Of a stretch of 64,000 nt of DNA, positions 20,925 to 31,317 are shown piece after piece (positions within the stretch are counted from its first letter, which is position 1; each line of letters begins with the position of its first letter). The position numbers and the translations under genes were made by a program. The DNA lies in sequence record NZ_AP019754.1. One strand, written 5' to 3'. The notes below the pieces were generated by a model. That model did no database searches. It saw only the letters and a program-made list of their open reading frames with translations, and had not been told where the DNA came from. Source of the DNA: a plasmid.

Positions 20925-21524
20925 ATGGGCAGCGAGGTTGCCGGGAAGGCGGATGTGAAGACGGCGATTGTGCTCACGGCGGCGGGGATGAGCCGCCGGT
21001 TTCGACAGGCAAGCGGCCAGCATAAACTGCTGGCGGTACTGCAAGGAAAAGCCGTCCTCCGGCATTCGCTGGAACAGGCAAGGGCAAGCGGTATGGATAT
21101 CATTGTTGTGACGCGCCCGGAAGATAAGGCTATTCATGTGCTGCTGGACAACGTGCGTGCTGTTTTCTGTGTCAGTCAGGGGCTGGGAGATTCCATAGCA
21201 GCAGGCGTCAGCGCCTGCCTGGACTATGATGCCGTCATTATCGCGCTCGGCGATATGCCTTTTGTCACGACTGACAGCTATCAGGCGGTGGAGCAGGCGT
21301 TGCATGCTTCACCGCTTGTACGCCCGTGGGTCAAAGGACAGCCAGGCCATCCGGTTGGCTTCCAGCGAGCATTTTTTCCCGCGCTGCAACAGCTTTCAGG
21401 CGATACGGGGGCACAACATTTGCTGTTAAACCAGCAAATCCGCTATGTGCCGCTCAGCGATCGGGGCTGCCTGGAGGATATTGATTACCCGGAAGACCTA
21501 CTGCGAGTAAGGAGCAGCTCATGA
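20925..21524 (+). CDS. MobA-like NTP transferase / molybdenum cofactor cytidylyltransferase (MocA-like)
   Basis: 199 aa; N-terminal LTAAGMSRRF...KLL nucleotidyltransferase motif similar to E. coli MocA. Confidence 0.6.
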   Translation: MGSEVAGKADVKTAIVLTAAGMSRRFRQASGQHKLLAVLQGKAVLRHSLEQARASGMDIIVVTRPEDKAIHVLLDNVRAVFCVSQGLGDSIAAGVSACLDYDAVIIALGDMPFVTTDSYQAVEQALHASPLVRPWVKGQPGHPVGFQRAFFPALQQLSGDTGAQHLLLNQQIRYVPLSDRGCLEDIDYPEDLLRVRSSS

Positions 21525-22492
21525 TTACGCTGGATCAGCGGGTTATCGAAACGGCCTTGAACTGGCATCAGGCGGGACAGGCGATTTGGCTGTGCACCGT
21601 GCTTCGCACCTGGGGTTCGTCCCCACGCGCGCCGGGGACAATGATGGCGATTAACGCCTGCGGTGATTGCTGTGGCTCGCTTTCTGGCGGCTGCATCGAA
21701 GAAGATTTCCTGGCACGTTTGGCGGAAGGGCATTACCGGATAAGCAGCCAGGTTGTCCGATATGGTGATGGCGGACGGCAAACCCGGGTGCAGTTGCCTT
21801 GTGGCGGCCGTCTGGACGTGCTGGTGGAACATCTGCTTCCTGACATGCTCAGCGGCGCGTTGTTAAGTGCGATGCATCAGGCGCTTATCGGCCAAACCCG
21901 GATGATCAAAAAGTTGTCCGTGGGCGAGCGCGCATCGTGGGAGAGGGTTGCAACGTCGGCCGCGTTACCCGTGCTTAGCTATCAGGACCCCGACATCGTG
22001 TTGCCAGTCGGCGCGATTCCTGAACTGTTGGTGGCAGGGTATTCCACGGTTGCGTTTGAATGCATTCGTCTTGGGCAGCTTCTGGGTTTTCATGTGCGCG
22101 TCTGTGAGCATCGTTCGGCAATGTTAAGTGAACTGGAGCGTCATTTTTCGGGTGAAGACAACGTGACGATTGTCCCACAGCATCCTGCGCGCTGGCTGGA
22201 GTTAAACGGTGCCCATGCTGCTGTCGCCATTGTGTCGTTAACACACGATCCCCGTATTGATGAGTTAACCATGATGGAAGCGGTCAATACGCACGCTTTT
22301 TATATCGGCATCATGGGATCGGTAAAAAACAGCGCTAAGCGTAAGGCACGCTTAACGACGATAGCCGGATTGGCTGAGGATGAGCTGGCCAGGATTCAGG
22401 CACCGATAGGTTTGGCCATTGGCAGTAAAACGCCTGCGGAGATAGCGTTATCAGTGATGGCCGATATCGTAAGGGTCAAAAACCAACACTGA
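21521..22492 (+). CDS. XdhC/CoxI-family molybdoenzyme maturation factor (PaoD-like)
   Basis: 323 aa with two-domain XdhC_CoxI architecture. Overlaps the preceding gene by 4 bp. Confidence 0.65.
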   Translation: MITLDQRVIETALNWHQAGQAIWLCTVLRTWGSSPRAPGTMMAINACGDCCGSLSGGCIEEDFLARLAEGHYRISSQVVRYGDGGRQTRVQLPCGGRLDVLVEHLLPDMLSGALLSAMHQALIGQTRMIKKLSVGERASWERVATSAALPVLSYQDPDIVLPVGAIPELLVAGYSTVAFECIRLGQLLGFHVRVCEHRSAMLSELERHFSGEDNVTIVPQHPARWLELNGAHAAVAIVSLTHDPRIDELTMMEAVNTHAFYIGIMGSVKNSAKRKARLTTIAGLAEDELARIQAPIGLAIGSKTPAEIALSVMADIVRVKNQH

Positions 22493-22547
22493 TATTATGC
22501 CAGTCGCTTCTGGCGGCGCGATGTTCAGTCTGCCGCCAGACCGCGCT

Positions 22548-23684
22548 TTAAGGCGATGCTTTCTCCAGCGAATAAAAGTAGGTTCCTGAATAGGGAACAG
22601 GCAGGAACGTGGTGAATATCTGCTGCAGGGTGTGTTCCGGGTCAACGTCTTTAAACCGATCCGGATAAAGGGTTTTAGCAAAAAATTCCGCTGCCGCAAC
22701 GTGCCACGGGCTAAGATAAAAGTTGTGCCACAGCGCGGCAGCATGACCGTTATGAAGGGCCCGAAGCTGCTTAAGGCCATTTTGTTGCGCAGTCAGCTGG
22801 ATCAGGGACGCGCGTGTTTCAGCCGAACTGATGGCGGGACCGATCTTCAGATCCGATGAATCGCCGCTGTCTCCGCTACCTGTCGCAAAATAAAAATCCG
22901 GATGCGCGACAATCACGGCTTCTTCATTCAGTCGGCCAAAAACGCCAGCCAGGGTTTTACCGGCAATGTTATCTCCCCCTGCCAGCGACAACACCTCGCC
23001 GAGACTGCCATTCACAGCGGTGACGCAACATTCATTGCGGCGGCCCAGGTGGAGCTGTAACAGCACGGTAGGTTTAGGGCCTTGATAACGGGTAAGGCGC
23101 TGCTGAATAACCTGCATATGTTGCTGATAAAACTGGTTGAACGCCGATGCACGCTGTGGCTGATCCAGTACATCCCCAAGGATGGCAACACTCCGCGTGG
23201 TGTTTTGCAGTAAATGGACCCGCAAATCGATTTTAACCACGGGAATGTTTGCCGCTTTCAACGCCTTTTCCAGCCGTTGCCCGGCATCACTGCTGCGGGC
23301 GAACTCGGGCAGGATCACCACGTCTGGTTTTAACGCAATCACCTGTTCAGGATTAATATCATTTATTCCATCAAAACCTAACGACGGTATGTTGAGCATC
23401 TCTGGAAATTTGTGCGCGAAAATATTCCATGTTTGCCGGTCATACTTCTTCAGATCCTGTGGCCAGCCGACCAGCCTTTTGAACGGATTGCCGGGTTCCA
23501 GCATGGCGAAGGTGTACAACATTCTGCTTTCGCCAAGAACAATACGCTGAGGACGATCGGGAATATCAACCCGATCGCCATTAATATCAGTAATCGTCTT
23601 GCCCCAGGCGACGCTGCTGACTGTCATGGAGAGCAGCAGGAGCAGGAGCCGCCAGATTGTTTTGCAGGGATTAGAATTCAACAC
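22548..23684 (-). CDS. Periplasmic binding protein of the iron-siderophore/cobalamin type (FecB/TroA-like class III), 378 aa
   Basis: Signal peptide followed by a PBP domain (GDRVDIPDRPQRIVLGE..., VVILPEF). Overlaps the upstream TonB-dependent receptor gene by 14 bp. Confidence 0.6.
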   Translation of the reverse strand: MLNSNPCKTIWRLLLLLLSMTVSSVAWGKTITDINGDRVDIPDRPQRIVLGESRMLYTFAMLEPGNPFKRLVGWPQDLKKYDRQTWNIFAHKFPEMLNIPSLGFDGINDINPEQVIALKPDVVILPEFARSSDAGQRLEKALKAANIPVVKIDLRVHLLQNTTRSVAILGDVLDQPQRASAFNQFYQQHMQVIQQRLTRYQGPKPTVLLQLHLGRRNECCVTAVNGSLGEVLSLAGGDNIAGKTLAGVFGRLNEEAVIVAHPDFYFATGSGDSGDSSDLKIGPAISSAETRASLIQLTAQQNGLKQLRALHNGHAAALWHNFYLSPWHVAAAEFFAKTLYPDRFKDVDPEHTLQQIFTTFLPVPYSGTYFYSLEKASP

Positions 23685-25821
23685 GGGCTTGCACCATCAG
23701 GTTACGGGTTTCACCTTCACGTACGCGCAGGTTACCGCCGCTCGACGTGTAGTAGTGTTTGTTAAACAGGTTATTAAGATTCAGTCTTAACTGCGTTTTT
23801 TTACCCAGTAGCTGATTGTTCCAGGCAATAAAGCCGTCAGCGACAACGTAATCCGGCAAAGAGAAGCTGTTATCCGGATCGCCGGCGCGACTGCCAACAT
23901 AGCGTGCGCCACCACCTACACGAAAATCACCGGGTAAACTGCTTATCACCAGGTTATGACTGAGGTAAAGCGCCCCGGCATGTTCAGGTGCATTCTGTAG
24001 GCGATGGCCGTTGTTGGCCGGATTAATTCTGTCATCGACGATTTCGGCATTGTCATAACTGTAATTGGCACTGATGTCCCAGTCGGGCGCCACTTCACCA
24101 TTAACCTCAAGCTCAACCCCTTGAGACCGCGCCTTGTTAATAGGGCGGGTGGTGCCGTTAATGCTCAACGACATCTGCCTTTCATCAATGTTGTAGAAGG
24201 CGACCGAGGCGAAAAGGCGAGGGGTGATTTGCCATTTGCTCCCTGCTTCCCATGTCGTTCCCTGTTCGGGTTGACTCACATTGCCCGCATCATCAACATC
24301 GGTTGACGGGGTAAAGGATTTACTTATGCTGGTGTAGAGCGAAATATCTGGCGTGATTTTATAAATCAGCCCGGCCTGCGGCAGGAATTTATTCCCTTCA
24401 TCGTCCAGTGTCTGAACGACCGGGTTAAAACCTTTTGAAGCCCGTTGCTCATAATGTTGGTAACGCCCGCCCACGACGGCGATCCAGTCGGATGTCAGCG
24501 AAATACTGTCTTTGACATAAACCGAGCGGCTGTGGATACGGTTTAAGTTGTTGGCATTCGCCGTATTCTCTGTCGTGCTGTCGGTGACGGGAGACAGCAT
24601 GTCATAAACCGGATTGAAATAGTTGAAGCGCCTGTCATTCTTGCCCTGATACTGATGCGCCCGGTAGGTTTGGTTCATTTCATAATCGGTGCCGAACACC
24701 AGCGCATGCGTCATGCCAAAAAGTTCCGGATTGCCCAGAACATCCCAGGAAACGTATTTGGTTTTTTGATTAAAGCCGCGATTGGCATCCGCGCGCCGGG
24801 TGACAACGCCGCTGGCAGGATCAATGGCCGTTACCCGCACCTCATTATTGTCATAACGGCGCTGATTCCAGCCAAGCGTCAGGCGCGTGCTCCAGCTGTC
24901 GTTGAACTGCCAGTCATAATGGGCGTTCAGCGCCTGATTGCGTCCCCAGGCATGATTGGCTTTATCGTCCAGCCGCTGTTTGTAGGGCAGTGAGAGGGGT
25001 GAGCCGTTGATAAACGCGGTGCCGCGATCGTAGGGAATATCATAACGATAATCGCTGTAACTGATTAACAGGCTGGCCTTCTCCCCATACCACTGAAGAG
25101 AGGGAGCCAGCAGCGAGTGTTCATCACTGCCAAAGTTACGCCAGTAATCCTGGCGTTGTTTTTCCGCGATGAGCCTGAAGGCAACGCCGTTGCCCAGTGG
25201 GCCCGTAACATCCAGCGTACCGGCACCGCCGCCTTCGCTTGCGTAGCGGCCACTGACCGCTGAGTGCCAGGAATATTGCGGCTTTTTGCTGATCACGTTG
25301 ATGATCCCACCGGGATTCTGAATACCGTAGAGTAACGAAGCCGAACCCTTTAGCACCTCGACGCGTTCCGTGGTGGCATCCAGATTGAGTCCCTGGCTGC
25401 TGCGGATGCCGTCGCGATAAACAGACCCATCAGAATTACTCCCAAAACCGCGCCGCACAAAGCCATCTTCCGTGCCTGCCAGGGTGTTTGCTTCAGACAC
25501 GCCACTGACAAAACGCATTGCATCACTCAGGCTGCTGGCCTGGTAGTCATCAAGCTGTTGTTGTGTCACGGTACTGACAGACTGTGCCTCATCCAGACGC
25601 GCCACCGGGGCTTTGCTGGCCACGCTGGTGGTGGGGATGGTGTAGCCATCGTGACGATCTGCGTCACTGGTTACCGTCACCGTATTATCACTGACCGCCG
25701 CCAGGCCTTTACCCGGGGCAAGCAACGCGCCAGAACACATCGCCAGCATGACTGCCTGCTGGATCCCCAGGTTTTTAATCTCGTTGGAACGTTTTTTCAT
25801 TATTTTTTCGCTGATCATCAA
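23671..25821 (-). CDS. TonB-dependent siderophore receptor
   Basis: 716 aa with signal peptide, plug and 22-strand barrel. C-terminal ...QARVEF with terminal Phe. Confidence 0.85.
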   Translation of the reverse strand: MMISEKIMKKRSNEIKNLGIQQAVMLAMCSGALLAPGKGLAAVSDNTVTVTSDADRHDGYTIPTTSVASKAPVARLDEAQSVSTVTQQQLDDYQASSLSDAMRFVSGVSEANTLAGTEDGFVRRGFGSNSDGSVYRDGIRSSQGLNLDATTERVEVLKGSASLLYGIQNPGGIINVISKKPQYSWHSAVSGRYASEGGGAGTLDVTGPLGNGVAFRLIAEKQRQDYWRNFGSDEHSLLAPSLQWYGEKASLLISYSDYRYDIPYDRGTAFINGSPLSLPYKQRLDDKANHAWGRNQALNAHYDWQFNDSWSTRLTLGWNQRRYDNNEVRVTAIDPASGVVTRRADANRGFNQKTKYVSWDVLGNPELFGMTHALVFGTDYEMNQTYRAHQYQGKNDRRFNYFNPVYDMLSPVTDSTTENTANANNLNRIHSRSVYVKDSISLTSDWIAVVGGRYQHYEQRASKGFNPVVQTLDDEGNKFLPQAGLIYKITPDISLYTSISKSFTPSTDVDDAGNVSQPEQGTTWEAGSKWQITPRLFASVAFYNIDERQMSLSINGTTRPINKARSQGVELEVNGEVAPDWDISANYSYDNAEIVDDRINPANNGHRLQNAPEHAGALYLSHNLVISSLPGDFRVGGGARYVGSRAGDPDNSFSLPDYVVADGFIAWNNQLLGKKTQLRLNLNNLFNKHYYTSSGGNLRVREGETRNLMVQARVEF

Positions 25822-25912
25822 TGACAGAAATAAAGGGAATAACCCTGTGTATTGCGTGTATTTATTCAGCGACGGGCAGATAACCGCATCACCTCGCCCA
25901 CGCTTTTTTGTA

Positions 25913-25932
25913 ATTGATAATCATTCAATCAT
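25913..25932. promoter_or_regulatory. Fur box upstream of the TonB-dependent receptor operon
   Basis: TTGATAATCATTCAATCATT matches the Fur consensus GATAATGATAATCATTATC well. It is about 90-110 bp upstream of the receptor start. Confidence 0.6.
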
Positions 25933-26276
25933 TGGCTGATGTAGTAGTAAACAGAAAAGAGAGGGTTTTCACTACATTCTGAAATGTTACCTGGCATGCA
26001 GTAAAAGCGGTGCGTGAATGACTTTATATATTGAATTTAATGCTTTTTTTAATTCATGCTGGGCGAGTGAACGCGTAAGCTGTCCCAAGAGGAGGATCCT
26101 GTGTGCGATAAAATTGCTTGCTGACTACATTGTGCAGGGCCATTATCTGCAGGCGGGAAATGAGAAACATTATCCTTTATCCGGCTTATTGGGGCCTTCT
26201 GCATTCATGTTTCCGGCACTCATGTCGCTTCAGGATCAATACGTGCGGGAATAACATCACATGTTTACTAGTGAAA

Positions 26277-27179
26277 ATGATAAGGCGGACGATCATCGCA
26301 ATGCAGACTAAAAGCCGCGTTGATATCGTGGGTGAGCGTATCCGGTCACGTGAGCATCAACTCTCTCCACGCCTTCTGGCTGTCGCGCATTACATCAATA
26401 GCAACCGGGAAACGGTGCTTGACAGCACGGCGATGGATATTGCTGACGCCAATCATACCTCTGACGCCACCGTTATCCGCGCAATCCAGGCGCTGGGGTT
26501 TTCGGGCTTACGCGATCTGAAAAAAGTGCTGCAGGCCTGGTTCGGCCCTGGCATGTCGTCAGAGGAGAAGATGACAACCACGGTCAACGACGTAACGCGT
26601 GATGTCACCTCGTCCATAGACTTTGTTTTGCAGGGGCATCTTCATGCCTGCCATGTTTTATCCTCTGAGCAAAACCGTCAGGCGCTGGCCGAGGCTACCG
26701 GATTGATGATCGAAGCCCGTCAGGTTGCCATTTTTGGCATCAATGCCTCAGGCATCCTTGCGGACTACAGCGCCCGCCTGTTAAACCGAATCGGCCTGGC
26801 GTCATTCTCACTTAATCGGGCAGGGATAGCGCTGGCGGAGCAAATGCTGGCCTTGCAGCGCGGCGATGTGCTGATCATGATGGCGCAGAAGTCTGCCCAC
26901 CGTGAGGGAAGCACCGTGGTGCGTGAAGCCAAAAGACTCGGCGTGCCCATTATTTTACTCACGAATGCCACTGACTCCTTTTTTGCCCGCGAAGCGGATG
27001 TGGTAATCAATGTTCCACGCGGTGGAGAGAAGGGGCGAATTCCGCTCCATGGCACCGTAATGGTTTGCCTGGAGATGATGATTTTGTCGGTTGCCTCCTC
27101 CCTGCCTGACCGCACCGTGAAGACCATGAAAAGACTGCAGGACCTTTACCGCGGGCTTAAGCCTGCGGCTAAAAAATAG
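26277..27179 (+). CDS. MurR/RpiR-family transcriptional regulator (HTH_6 + SIS domains)
   Basis: N-terminal HTH (LSPRLLAVAHYINSNRETV...) and C-terminal SIS domain. Start chosen at the in-frame ATG 26277; 26301 is an alternative. Confidence 0.7.
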   Translation: MIRRTIIAMQTKSRVDIVGERIRSREHQLSPRLLAVAHYINSNRETVLDSTAMDIADANHTSDATVIRAIQALGFSGLRDLKKVLQAWFGPGMSSEEKMTTTVNDVTRDVTSSIDFVLQGHLHACHVLSSEQNRQALAEATGLMIEARQVAIFGINASGILADYSARLLNRIGLASFSLNRAGIALAEQMLALQRGDVLIMMAQKSAHREGSTVVREAKRLGVPIILLTNATDSFFAREADVVINVPRGGEKGRIPLHGTVMVCLEMMILSVASSLPDRTVKTMKRLQDLYRGLKPAAKK

Positions 27180-27465
27180 CGCCTTTGTTGGGTGTCACAC
27201 AGTCCCAACCTGATGAGGCCTGTCCACGGCCGCCAGGGTTGACGACATTGCCTCCGTCCTGGCCTCGCCGGGCACGCTTTTCGCGCTCCGGGCTCAGGTA
27301 CGGCTGTGGCTGGCACTTTTCGGAATTTTAAAAAAAGTTTTCGTTTTTGCGAGCGCACCCCAGCTTTCACCTGGAGCCTTTCACTCTCAACGGCTATTAC
27401 TGAGCCGTGATGTTATTTGCTGTTCTTCGATTTATCCATCCTTGTTACATCCCTGAGCGGAGCAA

Positions 27466-29445
27466 ATGATGAAGAGAGCGCGCGTGTGGTTTCCTGTATC
27501 CTTAGTGGCGCTGGCCACGGTGAGTGCCCTGACAACACCGTTGCCGGCCATGGCATGGGACAGTCTTACCGTATTCGGTGACAGCCTGAGCGATACCGGA
27601 AATGTGGGGCGGTTTACCTATAATTCTGCAACTAATCCGCTGTATGACGAAATCCTTGCGCGGCAGGCAGGGCTTACGCTCCAGCCTTCTTCCCAGGGCG
27701 GCAGCAACTACGCGGCAGGCGGGGCCGTTGCCGTACCCGCTATTAATCCGCAGTTTAATACTCAGGATCAGGTGGCGCGTTACCTCGCATCGACCAACGG
27801 TCGGGCCGATCCCAACGGATTATATATTCACTGGATAGGCGGTAACGACCTGGCCGCAGCCGTTGCGCTTACTCCGCTGGCAACCACCCTCATTGACAAC
27901 AGTGCCGGTGCGGCCGCCAGTCAGGTGAAAGCGCTGCTCAATGCTGGCGCAGGCACCGTGATTGTGCCGACAGTCCCTAACGTAGGCGCCACGCCCGCAC
28001 TGATCGAGGCGATTCTTCAGCCGTTTAGTGCCGCAGCCGTGTCCGCTGCCTTTCAGTCACTGGATGCTGCCGCAACGCCCAACAGTGCCGCCAGACAGCA
28101 GGCTATTCAGGCTGCGTTCAATCAGGCAGCCGGACAACTCTCCGGTGTCCCGGCGGTTCGCGATCTGATTGCACAGCAGTTATTCGCCGCCTGGCAACAG
28201 CTGAGCGCTCAGGCGGCAGCCTTGACGGCGCGGTACAATCAGCTGGAGGAAAACGCGCTGGCAAATACCCAGGGAAATATCGTCCGGGTTGATATTAATG
28301 GGCTCTTTAGTGAAGTCATCGACAACCCCGCGGTTTATGGATTGAGTAATACCGCAGGCATGGCCTGTCCGCCCGGAACCTCCTCCGTTGACTGTACCTC
28401 ATCAACAGCAGGTTTTTCGTCCCAGCAAAATTATCTGTTCGCCGATCGCCTTCATCCCAGTCCGGCGGTACATGCCATCATTGCCGACTACATTCAGTCG
28501 ATTCTGGATGCACCCGCGCAGGTTGCGGTGCTGACGCAGGCCCCACTCGCCATGCTGCATGACATGCACAACACACTGGATGGTCATCTTCAGCAGCAGC
28601 GCAAGCAACCTACTGAGGCCGGTCAGTTCACCGTATTTGGCGGTTATGCCGGTCAGCATGCCCGCAATAAAAACGATGTTTTCAATGATGGCGACACCGA
28701 TACCGCCAACCTGTCTGTGGGCATCGGTTATCAACTGAGCGATAACTGGCAGGCCGGTGCATTGCTGTCGACCGCCAGTCAACGCCAGCATCCCTCTTAT
28801 CGGTATGATTACCGACTGCGTGGCAATATGGTTGCGCTCTGGAGCCAGCTGCAGCTGATGGATCGGCTCTGGCTTAACGCCGACGTCCACTATGCGGATC
28901 TGGATTACGATGCAATAGAACGGCGGATAAAACTTGGACCTGCAACGCGAACGGAGCAGGGAAGCAGCGGGGGTAAACTGATGGGGCTGCGCGTCCAGAC
29001 AGGCTGGGATTTACCGCTAGGCGAGGTCATCACTACCGGTCCGGTAGCCAGCTATGCACTGGACTACGTGCAGGCAGATGCTTATCAGGAACGGGGCGAC
29101 AGCAGCAGCGCCATGCGTTTCTCCGATCAAACGCGGCACTCACAGATTGGCACAGCGGGCTGGCGTATCGACACCCAAGGATTATGGATAAACCCCTGGG
29201 CGCAGGTCAGCTATAACCACCAGTTTGGCGACACCGACTCAGCCGTGAGCGCGGGGTTAAAATCTACCCGCACGACCTTCCGGCGCACCAGCGCAGGCCA
29301 GGATAAAGACTGGGTGGATATGGCCGTTGGCGCCAATGTGCCCTTGGGCGAGGCGGTGACCGCATTTGCCGCTGTTTCGACGGTAGTGGGTGACCGTGAT
29401 TATCGCGACGTCACATGGAACCTGGGCCTGAGCGCTCGTTTTTAA
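27466..29445 (+). CDS. GDSL/SGNH esterase autotransporter (ApeE/EstA-like outer-membrane esterase)
   Basis: Signal peptide, GDSL motif FGDSLSDTGN, and C-terminal autotransporter beta-domain ending ...LGLSARF. 659 aa, similar in size to Salmonella ApeE. Confidence 0.8.
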   Translation: MMKRARVWFPVSLVALATVSALTTPLPAMAWDSLTVFGDSLSDTGNVGRFTYNSATNPLYDEILARQAGLTLQPSSQGGSNYAAGGAVAVPAINPQFNTQDQVARYLASTNGRADPNGLYIHWIGGNDLAAAVALTPLATTLIDNSAGAAASQVKALLNAGAGTVIVPTVPNVGATPALIEAILQPFSAAAVSAAFQSLDAAATPNSAARQQAIQAAFNQAAGQLSGVPAVRDLIAQQLFAAWQQLSAQAAALTARYNQLEENALANTQGNIVRVDINGLFSEVIDNPAVYGLSNTAGMACPPGTSSVDCTSSTAGFSSQQNYLFADRLHPSPAVHAIIADYIQSILDAPAQVAVLTQAPLAMLHDMHNTLDGHLQQQRKQPTEAGQFTVFGGYAGQHARNKNDVFNDGDTDTANLSVGIGYQLSDNWQAGALLSTASQRQHPSYRYDYRLRGNMVALWSQLQLMDRLWLNADVHYADLDYDAIERRIKLGPATRTEQGSSGGKLMGLRVQTGWDLPLGEVITTGPVASYALDYVQADAYQERGDSSSAMRFSDQTRHSQIGTAGWRIDTQGLWINPWAQVSYNHQFGDTDSAVSAGLKSTRTTFRRTSAGQDKDWVDMAVGANVPLGEAVTAFAAVSTVVGDRDYRDVTWNLGLSARF

Positions 29446-29653
29446 GAGGATGTTGTCGCAGGGACGCGATAAAGGTTTGCTTGCTCATGAACCCGGGCGC
29501 TGGACTGACGGATACCCCGGCCTGTGTCCTGAGGTCATCGCCACGAGATAAATCGTTACCTGGCTGAGGGAGGGTGAACGGCTCAGAAAGTTTGACGGAT
29601 CCCGCTTCGCAAGCGGGTTTCGGTAAGGTATAGTGCGCGTTTTTGGAGGAACC

Positions 29654-30526
29654 ATGCTGACCCAATCATCTACACGGCTCAATAAATACATCAGTGAGAG
29701 CGGAATATGCTCCCGCCGCGATGCCGATCGCTTTATCGAACAAGGCAACGTTTTCATCAATGGCAAGCGCGCGGCGGTAGGTGCCCAGGTCTTTGCAGGC
29801 GATGTCGTAAAAGTGAATGGTCAGTTAATTGAGCCACGTGATGAAGATGATTTGGTGCTGATTGCGCTGAACAAGCCAACCGGCATTATTACCACTATGG
29901 AAGAAGGCGAGCGCGATAACATCAGTGATTTTGTCAATCACAGCAAGCGCGTTTTCCCTATTGGTCGGCTTGATAAAGATTCTCAGGGCTTAATTTTCCT
30001 GACCAACCATGGCGATCTGGTCAATAAAATTTTGCGTGCCGGCAACAATCACGAAAAGGAATATGTGGTGACCGTCGATAAGCCTGTCACCGACGAATTC
30101 ATCGCGGGCATGGCGTCAGGTGTTCCCATGTTGGGTACGGTAACCAAAAAATGCAAAGTAAAGAAAGAAGCGCCTTACGTGTTTCGTATTACGCTGGTTC
30201 AAGGGCTTAACCGGCAAATCCGTCGCATGTGCAAACACTTTGGCTATGAAGTGACTAAGCTTGAACGCACGCGCATCATGAACGTCAATCTTAAAGGGAT
30301 CCCTTTAGGAGAATGGCGCGATCTCACGGATGATGAACGGGTTGAACTGTTTAAGTTACTCGAAAATTCCTCTTCAGAAGACAAGCCAGCGAAGAAAACA
30401 CCACAGAAGAGTCCGGCGGCAAAGAAACCGGCAAAAAATGCCGTTAAACAGGGCGAAAAGTCAGAGGATAAACCGGCGTCACGCAAGCGCTTTACCCAGC
30501 CGGGTCGTAAGAAAAAAGGGCGCTAG
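29654..30526 (+). CDS. rluF: 23S rRNA pseudouridine synthase RluF (S4 domain + RsuA family, Lys-rich tail)
   Basis: N-terminal [22 protein letters not shown]4 motif, catalytic RLDKDSQGL, and a basic C-terminal tail. GGAGGA RBS. Confidence 0.8.
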   Translation: MLTQSSTRLNKYISESGICSRRDADRFIEQGNVFINGKRAAVGAQVFAGDVVKVNGQLIEPRDEDDLVLIALNKPTGIITTMEEGERDNISDFVNHSKRVFPIGRLDKDSQGLIFLTNHGDLVNKILRAGNNHEKEYVVTVDKPVTDEFIAGMASGVPMLGTVTKKCKVKKEAPYVFRITLVQGLNRQIRRMCKHFGYEVTKLERTRIMNVNLKGIPLGEWRDLTDDERVELFKLLENSSSEDKPAKKTPQKSPAAKKPAKNAVKQGEKSEDKPASRKRFTQPGRKKKGR

Positions 30527-30541
30527 AACGGATGCGCATCA

Positions 30542-31057
30542 ATGAATCGTTTCCCTTTGATTATCCGTGAATACCGGCCCGAATGGGCGGATCACTTTTC
30601 TACCGAAGCTGCCGTTATCGCGGCGGCATTGGGTGAGCATCTTGTGGCTATCCACCACATTGGCAGTACGGCTGTTGAAGGGTTATCAGCCAAACCTGTC
30701 ATCGATATTCTGGCAGAAGTGATGAATCCTGATGCGCCAACAGCAGAGTCTGGGCTAATACAGGCAGGCTATCAACCGCGCGGAGAAAACGGTATTCCGG
30801 GAAGACGCTATTTTACTAAAGGTGTTCAGGCGCGGACCCACCAGATTCATGCTTTTCTCCCGGGGAGTCCGCATATCATACGGCACCTGGCGTTTCGGGA
30901 TTATTTGCGACACTTTCCCGCGATTCGCCATGAATATGCTGCGGTCAAATACGCCGCACAACGTGCCTGCCAGGGCGATATGAAGATCTATTGCGCATTA
31001 AAACATGATTTTATTCAGTTTCATCAGCAACGCGCTTTGGCGCTCTTTCCCTTCTGA
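30542..31057 (+). CDS. GrpB-family protein (UPF0157, nucleotidyltransferase fold)
   Basis: 171 aa; HIGSTAVEGLSAKPVIDIL motif typical of GrpB. Confidence 0.7.
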   Translation: MNRFPLIIREYRPEWADHFSTEAAVIAAALGEHLVAIHHIGSTAVEGLSAKPVIDILAEVMNPDAPTAESGLIQAGYQPRGENGIPGRRYFTKGVQARTHQIHAFLPGSPHIIRHLAFRDYLRHFPAIRHEYAAVKYAAQRACQGDMKIYCALKHDFIQFHQQRALALFPF

Positions 31058-31317
31058 TTTCTTCCACAGCCTCGTTCTCAATTACCCGCAACTTTTCTGG
31101 AATTTTGTTTCTGCCCTCTACACTTTTTCACTCAGCAGCAAGCGCGTACTGGCGTTTGCCGAAAGTGCCTGAAACGATGAGATAAAGCATGTGGGAACAG
31201 CCGATGCGTGCGAGAAAGCGTCAGGCCAGTGCCTCAGGCCGCATAATCAGAAGACGCCACCTTTTCAGGATGAAAACGACATGGCAGGATAAGCCAAATT
31301 ACTAAGGAGTGGGCCTG

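Noticed and set aside
26118-26276. Upstream extension of the RpiR-family ORF
   Set aside because: Cys/His-rich low-complexity translation with no HTH. The conserved HTH_6 domain begins after the ATG at 26277.
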